From an uncultured Gammaproteobacteria bacterium (lineage in GTDB: Bacteria > Patescibacteriota > Patescibacteriia > Patescibacteriales > UBA12465): a DNA stretch of 64,000 bases. This document shows positions 19,901 to 27,285 of this stretch, in pieces (within the stretch, counting starts at the first letter, position 1; the number at the start of each line of letters is the position of its first letter). Made by a program: the position numbers and the translations under genes. The notes beneath the pieces are model-generated. The model saw nothing but the letters and a program-made list of their open reading frames with translations. It had not been told where the DNA came from and searched no databases. The stretch spans positions 10,782 through 74,781 of the forward strand of contig CAZAAD010000004.1 in assembly GCA_964483295.1 (NCBI GenBank). Reading direction: 5' to 3'.

Positions 19901-22766
19901 GAGGATTTTCAGAGGTAATGCTGCAATATTGTCCGCTTTTACCAGAGCAATTACAAGCAGCATCATGCTCGGCTTGAGTGCTGCCGACATTGGCACAGCC
20001 AGAACACTGTCCTAAGCCAGCACCATCATTCGCCTGGTCACTACCACAAGTACCAGAACATTCTAAAGGAGCACAACAATCTTGTGCACTGTTACCAATA
20101 CGGCAACAGCAATCGCAACTAGGGGCGTCATAAGCAATACAGCGATCAGACGCTGCTAAGTCTGGGTTATCTTCACACAAAGAGCCAGCGGGACAAACTG
20201 TTTTAGACACGCAACGACCGTCAGTCGCCACTCTTTCACAACTTAAACCATCCGCACAGACGGAACAAGTAGAATTTTTATCAACACAAATATTATTCAA
20301 ACCTCGCTCCCAATTATCCGGACAGGAGGTTTGGGTAGAAAATTGCCAATTACCATCTTGGTTACAAGTCACATTAGCCTGAATATTCTGCCCACCTAAA
20401 GTAAGCGTCCTAGCTTCAGGTAAACTACATAAACCATCTGCTCCTGATTTTACACATTTATTAATAGAAGCATCATAAAAACAAGACGAAGGAAATGCGC
20501 TGCAGCCAGCAACCGAGGCGCAAGAATAATCACAGCTCCCTACTACTTTTTTATTGTTACCAGCATAAGGAGAACAGACGCCAGTAGTATTAGGACAGAA
20601 AGAGTCAACCTGACAAGCACCGGCGTAGGCAGCTAAAGTAGAACAGCTTTCCGTTGGGTCAACCACATCTTTTTTGACATAACCCGTACTAAAATTCCAT
20701 TCAAAAACTGAGTTAGGAATATCAATTAAACAATCGGTTAAACTAGCGACGCAGCGTCCTTTTTTATAAGTATTACTCGGGCAACAAACCTGACTGCCGC
20801 CACAATTTTCATTAGTCACACAACTGCCAACCTCAAAATTCAGTTCATTCCCCCATTCACCTGACTTTACTACTCGGACTGGACCAGTAACCGCACCTTC
20901 AGGAACGGAAACCGCCAAAACGTCTGCGCCATTTTCCTGATTAACTGTTCCAGAAATATTCTTATTAATACTAAATTGGGCTAAGCCATTACCAAAATAT
21001 TCTCCATATAATTTTACTGGCGTAGAAACAGCTCCCTGCTTTGGTTCAATTTTACACAGACTAGTCTTTAAAGAAGCAGCACTATCAACGTTAAAAGAAT
21101 TAGGATTCAATTGACTAGTATCAATAGCGCCGCCGGCCAACTCTACACGAATATAGTGATAGCCGTTAACCGCTGAGGCAGGAACTTTAACAATAATTTG
21201 ATTATCACTCCAAACCGAACTAGCGCAAACTGCTGGAAAAACATAATCTGCTTCCGCGCTACCAAAATAAACCTTAGAATTACCACGCGCGCCACCAAAA
21301 CCACTGCCAATTATCGTCACATACTGACCGGCGCGACCACTAGCAGGAGAAAAGGAAACAATAAATGGGCCATCTTTAGGATCAGCCTCTTTCGTAAAAT
21401 ATAAATAATTACTTTTCTCTTGATTACCGCCTAACGTACTAACCACAAAGCTAGTCGCTTCACCTGATCTAATATTGGGTACGCCCGCGTTACCAGCTAA
21501 ACCACTAGGGTGGTTAAAACTAGAGTTAAGAGCCTGCACGCCAGTCTGATAAGTACCGAAATAAGCTTTACCAGAATAAAGACTAACTCCTTGATATGTG
21601 GCGACTGCCCCTAAACCTCCCTGGCCAGGAGTTAATTTACACAAACCAGGTCTCACAATAGTGTTAGCAATAAAGTCTGGTAACTGTGGGCCATATTCAT
21701 TATTAGTAACATCTTCTTTGCCGTCCTGACGAATGACTTTAATTGCGCCACTCGTAACACCACTAGGAATGGCAATAATTATTTGTTTATCACTCCAAGA
21801 ATCAATACAAATCGGATTAATTTCTGAAGGACTTCTACCAATTCTATCACCTCCTAAAAAGATTACTTGGCTAACGGCTGCATCATATTCCCCAAAACCC
21901 TGACCAAAAATAGTTAAAAAATTATCAGCTGCACCATTAGGTGTGTTTTGATTACAAATAGTATTACAACCAGCGTCAGACTGACAGGATTTATTTATAT
22001 CTTCCTGGCAGAATCCACCTGCTGGGCTAATTCCCGTAATAACTGGCGGGCCAGCACAAGTACAAGTATCAGGATCACAAGCTAAAAATCCTGAGCACAG
22101 GCTATTATCAGCATCACAAGTCGGAGTGCTATCATCAGCATCGCAAGAAGACCCTGCCTCACCTCGGGGCTGACAAGTACAATCAGCGGCACAATAATCC
22201 TGAGGGGCGCAAATATTATCATCTGCCTGACAGCCTCCTAAAATAGAACTGGAATCACAGTATTCTTCCGGCGGATAACTAGTACAATCAGAGCCAACGC
22301 AGCCGCCCCAAGAACCGGCGGCACATAGCATCGAACCATTGCAGCCACACGCTCTTGTACTGCCATCAACACAACCACTTTCACCATTCGTACCATTAGT
22401 AGCATTATGCAACCTGTTAAGAACAAAGGAGGCGATGGCCCAGGACGACAAGATAATGCCCAAACCAATAACGGCGCTGATTAATAATTTTTTGGCTTTG
22501 GAAATTTTTTCTTCTTCCCCTCCAGAGGTCATCCACAAAAAGCCAGCATAAATGATTAAACCTACAGCAATAACACCAAGCAAGCCAAGAGCAATATTAA
22601 TAATACGTCCAGCAATGGCTCGCGGATCACTACCTGACAAAGAACCTCCTAAACCAGAAGAGACCTCATCGGTTCCAAAATTCTGCGCAAATACTAAACG
22701 AAAAGCCAGTATTCCGCCAAATACCACTAAAACAGACAGTAATTGTTTCAATATTTTCTTAGACAC
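16992..22766 (-). CDS. giant (1924 aa) cysteine-rich surface protein: signal peptide + TrbC/VirB2-like pilin module + IPT/TIG-like, Cys-repeat, Ig-like and two FN3-like domains
   Basis: Uninterrupted 5.8 kb ORF with ~126 Cys by hand count. The N-terminal ...IIYAGFLWMTSGGEEEKISKAKKLLISAVIGLGIILSSW is paralogous to the upstream gene. IPT-like: PVITGISPAGG..., PFIVSFSPASGRAGQYVTIIGSGFG. FN3-like: GEILVEWSS...FKVYY, YRFTWTH...FRLYRG. Only a GTG start at 22766 retains the signal peptide. Confidence 0.85.
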   Translation of the reverse strand: MSKKILKQLLSVLVVFGGILAFRLVFAQNFGTDEVSSGLGGSLSGSDPRAIAGRIINIALGLLGVIAVGLIIYAGFLWMTSGGEEEKISKAKKLLISAVIGLGIILSSWAIASFVLNRLHNATNGTNGESGCVDGSTRACGCNGSMLCAAGSWGGCVGSDCTSYPPEEYCDSSSILGGCQADDNICAPQDYCAADCTCQPRGEAGSSCDADDSTPTCDADNSLCSGFLACDPDTCTCAGPPVITGISPAGGFCQEDINKSCQSDAGCNTICNQNTPNGAADNFLTIFGQGFGEYDAAVSQVIFLGGDRIGRSPSEINPICIDSWSDKQIIIAIPSGVTSGAIKVIRQDGKEDVTNNEYGPQLPDFIANTIVRPGLCKLTPGQGGLGAVATYQGVSLYSGKAYFGTYQTGVQALNSSFNHPSGLAGNAGVPNIRSGEATSFVVSTLGGNQEKSNYLYFTKEADPKDGPFIVSFSPASGRAGQYVTIIGSGFGGARGNSKVYFGSAEADYVFPAVCASSVWSDNQIIVKVPASAVNGYHYIRVELAGGAIDTSQLNPNSFNVDSAASLKTSLCKIEPKQGAVSTPVKLYGEYFGNGLAQFSINKNISGTVNQENGADVLAVSVPEGAVTGPVRVVKSGEWGNELNFEVGSCVTNENCGGSQVCCPSNTYKKGRCVASLTDCLIDIPNSVFEWNFSTGYVKKDVVDPTESCSTLAAYAGACQVDSFCPNTTGVCSPYAGNNKKVVGSCDYSCASVAGCSAFPSSCFYDASINKCVKSGADGLCSLPEARTLTLGGQNIQANVTCNQDGNWQFSTQTSCPDNWERGLNNICVDKNSTCSVCADGLSCERVATDGRCVSKTVCPAGSLCEDNPDLAASDRCIAYDAPSCDCCCRIGNSAQDCCAPLECSGTCGSDQANDGAGLGQCSGCANVGSTQAEHDAACNCSGKSGQYCSITSENPQGVCTDCTGLKTQSSCADHSAACCFDARRTPSLDDDICRGGSGTAVSSNPASPDYGYCGYFNCSATDSTSCASSTPVKLGYFKDVDACTTGCTAGVDFCSLFNGRKDECTAAPSCCFDQTSSTCKGGEQIASGADAGYCAYYNCGDPAATPPGDPATCEAIPRTTGTFNSLTTCQTRCSGNYGGAGKNCSSPYMMATCDFSVCNYPGMACLVDGGAAATSISDCGTCCCSPSNPTACQTEEAPYLYCKADQGNCSGASRGLCCGCKSDGDCGNPETIGCGADTCCQARPNVLETLPVNGANNICRNAVLSVTFDQLMDITTLGPNILLIKEMDYGSGVCPSGTMAYDFNNQLKKDSWFTKLFSQARLSVNRLVAVFFPNQESAIAVPPSPSKLYCASPVIVSGSHSGSMTVANIMPRQLMSPDTNYFLVVKGDEELNSQLGVTSVDGIGLNGTGLDGLEGAGLAFNTTYYKNSHIIQFKTLSDKATNSGVCAISSVKLLPASYLFKTTDNSLVEKDDNPTDKTFDTIQDKDKVFIAWAFSADNQILQPVTGYFWEWKFNILDTSIASLTNINGLEMNRAFVAAASGVTDGETKLTATISMERFLNNPDYSPSCVCSDATCTQNCANAFSIGDDLSKASNIYVFICNNPWPPVNSDGTWFPWTDTCNGALGGPCTDFSYKFYYCRDAGQPGTVDDLPAIIDRAVIRGQSTTLACSADGSACSAAGSACGTDRNGDGLVDGICVWNVLKESYFFREEVLPAGEVTAATDKKTGGEILVEWSSSSAQSISFKVYYSETGKSASISREFTATDACDWNGTAFACAATISGLKNNQAYSFRISVISANRTESTLSNMESAIPTDQTAPLAPSGLTSVNKCDSYRFTWTHTDPSASSFRLYRGTRSAAYGESFDSESGATALSLTANNLSDGANYFALSSLDSAGNESSKSNEIMITKIACAENQVCVAGACVVR

Positions 22767-22775
22767 AAATTTATA

Positions 22776-25439
22776 TTATTGGCAGTTGCCATTTTCATCT
22801 AAATTATTAGACGGGGAACCAAAACAGCAAGAAGGATTCTCCCAAGTCGCCTCGCAGCTCGGACCAGCGCTTGGTTTAAAACAGTTCTGATAAACATCTT
22901 TAACACCTGAACCGGCTTGAGCAATATAGGAAAACGATTCGGCAAATAAAGAATGTTTTACTTTAGTAACGGTTAAGTCGGCTACACCATCCAGCGGAGA
23001 GACATCCCTATCTTCAGAAATCATCCAATATCCCAAAGGAGAAGCGGCCGCGCTCTTTAAATTAATAAATTTATGCTCGGTTGCGGTTTGCCCATTATCC
23101 ATAATCGCACTCCCAGACTTAAGAGTGCTAGTCATCATTAAAGTATTAAAAGTTATTTCTACCGGGTCAGTTAAAGCAGTAATATCGGTTTGTCCATTAT
23201 TCGGAGTTATAGAAATAATACGTGGGGATGATAATTCTTTCTGATCGTTTACAAAGAAGGAAAAACGGTAACTATCTTTATTGCTGACCGTACCGTCATT
23301 CTCATTAAAATAAGTAATCGGTCCATCAGCCGCTGTGTCACGATTACCATCCAAAGAATTAAAGGCTGTATCTGTAATACCACTTAGAGCCGCGATGTTA
23401 GCTAAGGGATAATTTCTCTGTCCGGCGTCTTGGCAAGTTCTATAACCAAGCGGACCCATCACGCAAGATTTGTGCGGGCTAAAAGCGGCGCAATCTTGAT
23501 CGCTAGCACAAGTTTTTAAATCAGCCGCCTTAATTTCTAGGGCTAAATTACTATTAGGCGGCAGGCAATAAACCTTTTCGCCACAACCATTAATACCGCA
23601 CTCATTATCAGAAATAAATTCTACAGTTTTATAACCATTAGAAATTATGAATTGACCATTAACATAATTACCAACACAAACACCACCAGCACATTTATAT
23701 GACAAGCATTCTGAGTTAAGGGTGCAAGAAGCACCAGCCGCCTTACCACCAACAGCATTAACTAAACGTATATAAGGAGCAACGTCAGCAGCAAACCCGG
23801 AGAGAGTTGTGGGATTCATCGCTTCATTGAATGTTACTTTTATAGCAGCATTCATCGCCACGTCTTTTTTATCATTTACCGTGTACGTTATTTTCTGATC
23901 AGCCCCGCCGGTAAAAGGAGTTAAGCCCAGCACATTATTATTGCTAGTAGCAAGCACTAAGCTGTTGGCAGCGCTACCGGCGACCTTAGCCGTTAAAGAA
24001 ATGCGACTAGCCGTGCGAGAAACATTAATATCAGGATGACCACTTAATTTAGCTTGAATGTCAGCGGCCTGATTGTCAGTATTGCATACGCCGGCACGAA
24101 CAATAATATTATTATTTTCTCCCGTAGCAGCAAAAATATATTTAATATTGCCAACCGTTAAAGTGTCCGCGAGTTGTTCAGGAGAAATCGCTATTTCCCA
24201 AGAACTACCAGCCGCATGACTATCCACTTTCAAACTAAGGTAACCTTCAAAATTTACTTCATTATCAGCAGTAAAATCAGCTACTCCCAACAAAGCATTA
24301 GTGTTGCGATTAAATAACTGAGCGCGATTAGGTTCGTCTGCCGGAACAGCAACCATAAAACGATTAATAACGCCGTGATAATTTAAAACCACTTCCGCTT
24401 CCGGCGATACACTGTTTAACTTAGCGGGTGAGTATATTCGCGGACAACCATTAACAAATATTTCGGCAGTAGCATTAGCCGGAGCGACGCTCACGCCAAC
24501 TTGGTCTTTAATATTATCAGGACGAGGGAATAAAAAATTTGCGACTACTTGAGGAGGTGTTAAATCTAAACGAGAGCCAACCTGAAATCCCCAGACTAAC
24601 TCACTGGCACTACAAGTTCTAAACATAGACGAACCATCCGCCTTCTTTAAATCAGAAGTGATTTTAACAACATAATCAGTATTAGTTTCCGGGGAACCAA
24701 GATAACTTAAAGGAGAAAAAATCATCGTTCTCTTATCTGCTGATAAAGAAACAGCTACGTCAGTCACATTTGAATTTGCGGCCGGACAAGTGGCGCCACA
24801 AGCATCATTTAAGTCTTGTTTATATATTCTAATTACTTTAGGATTAATCAAAGAACAGGCGCCATTATCACAAGCGCAAGAAGCGCCACTAGCATCAACA
24901 CAAGCTGAAGCTGGATCTAGTTCTTCTTTAAAAGTCACGATAATAGACGTATTACGCGGAACATCACTCTGGTTATTTTCTGGATAAACTGTCTGCACTG
25001 AACAGGAGCCAATAGCTCCTAGGCCAGCACTAAAATTATTCCCCGAATAGGCTCCTGGTTGATTAACTCCATTACCAGAAATAGCACCTAATAATCTGTT
25101 CAGTAAAAAAGTAGTGATTGACCAGGCGGACAAAATAATAACCAAACCAATAATAGCATTCCTCAGAATATTTTTTGCGCTTCTAATTCTCTCCTCTTCG
25201 CCACCGGAAGTCATCCACAAAAAGCCAGCATAGATTATTAATCCTAACACAACAACGCCAAGTAAACTTAGCGCTATTTGAATAATGCGCCCAACAATAG
25301 CTCGCGGATCGCCTTGTGCTAAAGCAATCGTGTTGTTAACTGGGTCTAAGCCCAAGTCTTGCGCTAGAGATATTTTGGCAGACAATAACACTACTGATGC
25401 CAAAAAAACGCCGAAAATTATCTTAAATCTTTTCAACAT
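22776..25439 (-). CDS. large (887 aa) surface protein: signal peptide + TrbC/VirB2-like pilin module + three SbsA/Big-like Ig domains and Cys-rich segments
   Basis: MLKRFKIIFGVFLASVVLLSAKISLAQ signal, then ...IIYAGFLWMTSGGEEERIRSAKNILRNAIIGLVIILSAW. Ig-domain starts: VYPENNQSDVPRNTSIIVTFKEELD, VNDKKDVAMNAAIKVTFNEAMN and ITPNNGQTDITALTDPVEITFNTLM. Confidence 0.85.
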   Translation of the reverse strand: MLKRFKIIFGVFLASVVLLSAKISLAQDLGLDPVNNTIALAQGDPRAIVGRIIQIALSLLGVVVLGLIIYAGFLWMTSGGEEERIRSAKNILRNAIIGLVIILSAWSITTFLLNRLLGAISGNGVNQPGAYSGNNFSAGLGAIGSCSVQTVYPENNQSDVPRNTSIIVTFKEELDPASACVDASGASCACDNGACSLINPKVIRIYKQDLNDACGATCPAANSNVTDVAVSLSADKRTMIFSPLSYLGSPETNTDYVVKITSDLKKADGSSMFRTCSASELVWGFQVGSRLDLTPPQVVANFLFPRPDNIKDQVGVSVAPANATAEIFVNGCPRIYSPAKLNSVSPEAEVVLNYHGVINRFMVAVPADEPNRAQLFNRNTNALLGVADFTADNEVNFEGYLSLKVDSHAAGSSWEIAISPEQLADTLTVGNIKYIFAATGENNNIIVRAGVCNTDNQAADIQAKLSGHPDINVSRTASRISLTAKVAGSAANSLVLATSNNNVLGLTPFTGGADQKITYTVNDKKDVAMNAAIKVTFNEAMNPTTLSGFAADVAPYIRLVNAVGGKAAGASCTLNSECLSYKCAGGVCVGNYVNGQFIISNGYKTVEFISDNECGINGCGEKVYCLPPNSNLALEIKAADLKTCASDQDCAAFSPHKSCVMGPLGYRTCQDAGQRNYPLANIAALSGITDTAFNSLDGNRDTAADGPITYFNENDGTVSNKDSYRFSFFVNDQKELSSPRIISITPNNGQTDITALTDPVEITFNTLMMTSTLKSGSAIMDNGQTATEHKFINLKSAAASPLGYWMISEDRDVSPLDGVADLTVTKVKHSLFAESFSYIAQAGSGVKDVYQNCFKPSAGPSCEATWENPSCCFGSPSNNLDENGNCQ

Positions 25440-25497
25440 TTTTTCTAAGGAGGTCTTTAAAAATGCTCCTTTTAATGCTACACTAAATTATGCTTTT

Positions 25498-25506
25498 ATT
25501 ATAACA
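25498..25506 (-). promoter_or_regulatory. extended -10 promoter element for the giant-protein gene string
   Basis: The minus strand reads TGtTATAAT (25506-25498), ~58 nt upstream of the 887-aa gene ATG. Only a weak -35 (TTTTTA) is present. Confidence 0.4.
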
Positions 25507-25532
25507 TAAGCATGGCAAAATAAAAACTATTT

Positions 25533-26996
25533 ATGACCATAGAAAGGATCATCAAAAAATTTACCGATAACAATCCCGGAGTAGACGCTAGCCTCCTCGA
25601 AAAGGTCTTTCTTTTTGCCGATGCGGCGCATGCTGGGCAGCTTAGAAAAAACGGTGAACCTTATATTCAGCACCCGCTACACACCGCCTATATCCTTGCC
25701 GAAATTCGCGCCGACTTACCAACTGTCGCTGCTGGTCTTCTTCATGATGTTCCAGAAGATACGGACAGAACTTTAGAAGAAGTTGAGCTAGAATTCGGTG
25801 CCGAGATTGCTAGCTTAGTTAAAGGTGTTACCAAATTAAGTAAAATTAAATATCGCGGCATTGAGCGTTACCGAGAAAACTTAAAAAAAATGTTTCTGGC
25901 AATGACTAGTGATTTACGTGTGGTTTTTATTAAATTTTGTGATCGTTTAAATAACCTCCGCACCTTAGATGCTTTGCCACCTGATAAAAAAAGGCGAATT
26001 GCCGCTGAGACCCTAGAAATATACGCCCCAGTCGCCGGCCTATTAGGAATCGAGCGTTTAAAATGGCAAATGGAAGATATTTGCTTTAAATATCTTTATC
26101 CAGAAAAATTTAACGAGTTGGAATACAAGTACGAAGTTGAAAAAAAAGTTGAACGCCAACGTTTCTTCCAGAATGTACGCGGAGTTTTAAAGCCTAAGCT
26201 CGATGAAGCGGGAATTACTTACGAAGTAGAGGCGCGTTTTAAACATTTATACAGCATCTTTAAAAAGATGCAGGAAAAAGACAGAAAATTCAACGAAATT
26301 TATGATGTTTTTGCCATGCGCATTATTGTGCCAACGATTGATGACTGCTATAAAGTTCTTGGCGTAATTCACACTATTTGGAAGCCAAAGCCAAATCGCT
26401 TTAAGGATTATATTGCGGTTCCTAAACCAAATGGCTATCGCTCACTGCATACTACTATTTTTGGCCCTGAAGGCAAACCAACTGAATTTCAAATCCGCAC
26501 CAAAGAAATGCACGAAGAAGCTTTGTATGGTATCGCCGCCCATTGGTATTATAAATCCAAGGGCAGCCACGATGCCTACCAGCAACCGCGTTGGGTAAAA
26601 GAAATTGTGGATATTCAAAAAGAAATCACTAACACCTCAGAACTAGTTAAAAACGTAAAAATGGATATTTTCCGTGACCGAATTTTTGTCTTTTCCCCAA
26701 AAGGAGATGTATTTGAACTACCAGAAAAATCGACACCAATTGATTTTGCTTATGCGATTCATGGCAATGTTGGCAACAAGGCCTCTGGAGTATTGATTAA
26801 TGACAAACTCGGACGACTAGACCAAGAATTAAAAAATGGCGATATGGTCGAAATAATTATTGAAAAAAACCGCCAGCACCCTAACAAAGACTGGTTAAAA
26901 TTCGTCAAAACTAAACGCGCTCGAGATCAAATCAAGCAACACGCCAAGAAATCAACTCTAGAAAATATCAAGCGCTTAATTCCTGGCATGAAATAA
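25533..26996 (+). CDS. RelA/SpoT-family bifunctional-type (p)ppGpp synthetase/hydrolase, short form (HD + synthetase + TGS)
   Basis: HD: HPLHTAYIL...LLHDVPEDT. Synthetase: RFKDYIAVPKPNGYRSLHTTI. TGS: IFVFSPKGDVFELPEKSTPIDFAYAIH. At 487 aa it has no C-terminal ACT/RRM region. Confidence 0.9.
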   Translation: MTIERIIKKFTDNNPGVDASLLEKVFLFADAAHAGQLRKNGEPYIQHPLHTAYILAEIRADLPTVAAGLLHDVPEDTDRTLEEVELEFGAEIASLVKGVTKLSKIKYRGIERYRENLKKMFLAMTSDLRVVFIKFCDRLNNLRTLDALPPDKKRRIAAETLEIYAPVAGLLGIERLKWQMEDICFKYLYPEKFNELEYKYEVEKKVERQRFFQNVRGVLKPKLDEAGITYEVEARFKHLYSIFKKMQEKDRKFNEIYDVFAMRIIVPTIDDCYKVLGVIHTIWKPKPNRFKDYIAVPKPNGYRSLHTTIFGPEGKPTEFQIRTKEMHEEALYGIAAHWYYKSKGSHDAYQQPRWVKEIVDIQKEITNTSELVKNVKMDIFRDRIFVFSPKGDVFELPEKSTPIDFAYAIHGNVGNKASGVLINDKLGRLDQELKNGDMVEIIIEKNRQHPNKDWLKFVKTKRARDQIKQHAKKSTLENIKRLIPGMK

Positions 26997-27008
26997 AAAT
27001 TTAATTAC

Positions 27009-27038
27009 AAAAAACGTCCCTATCAAGGGACGTTTTTA
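27009..27038. terminator. bidirectional rho-independent terminator between the convergent relA-like and rpsU genes
   Basis: Stem acgtccc / gggacgt (27014-27020 / 27027-27033) flanked by an A-run and a T-run. Confidence 0.8.
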
Positions 27039-27054
27039 TAATTGAAACGAAAAT

Positions 27055-27285
27055 TTATCTTCTTGTAGTTTCTGGAAGCTTGCCAGTCTTGCGCAAGAAC
27101 TCATTTTTTTTGCTCAATGCTAACCCTGACAAAGCGCGCTTTTTGAAAAGACGCTTAGTCTGTTTTGGTTCCAAATGCTGTTTGGATCGAGCTTTATCCA
27201 GCCTTTTGCTGTTTTTTAAGCCTTTCTTAAATTTTCTGAGAAAGCTTTCAAAACTTTCTCCTGGTTTTCTTTTGAAATCAGCCAT
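27055..27285 (-). CDS. rpsU: 30S ribosomal protein S21
   Basis: 76-aa, very basic. ...ESFESFLRKFKKGLKNSKRLDKARSKQHLEPKQTKR... parallels the S21 pattern (E.F...LRRFKR......L.E.R...Y.KP...RK). Confidence 0.65.
   Translation of the reverse strand: MADFKRKPGESFESFLRKFKKGLKNSKRLDKARSKQHLEPKQTKRLFKKRALSGLALSKKNEFLRKTGKLPETTRR

Noticed and set aside
13285-22890. Multiple 60-112 aa ORFs on both strands inside the three giant genes.
   Set aside because: All are nested in long uninterrupted ORFs with coherent domain structure. Their biased R/T/I-rich or V/L-rich compositions indicate frame shadows.
13048-25439. The idea that the giant Cys-rich genes are diversity-generating-retroelement targets, which are common in CPR.
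   Set aside because: The window has no reverse transcriptase ORF, and I could not spot a template/variable repeat pair by eye. This cannot be excluded without a computational self-alignment of the contig.
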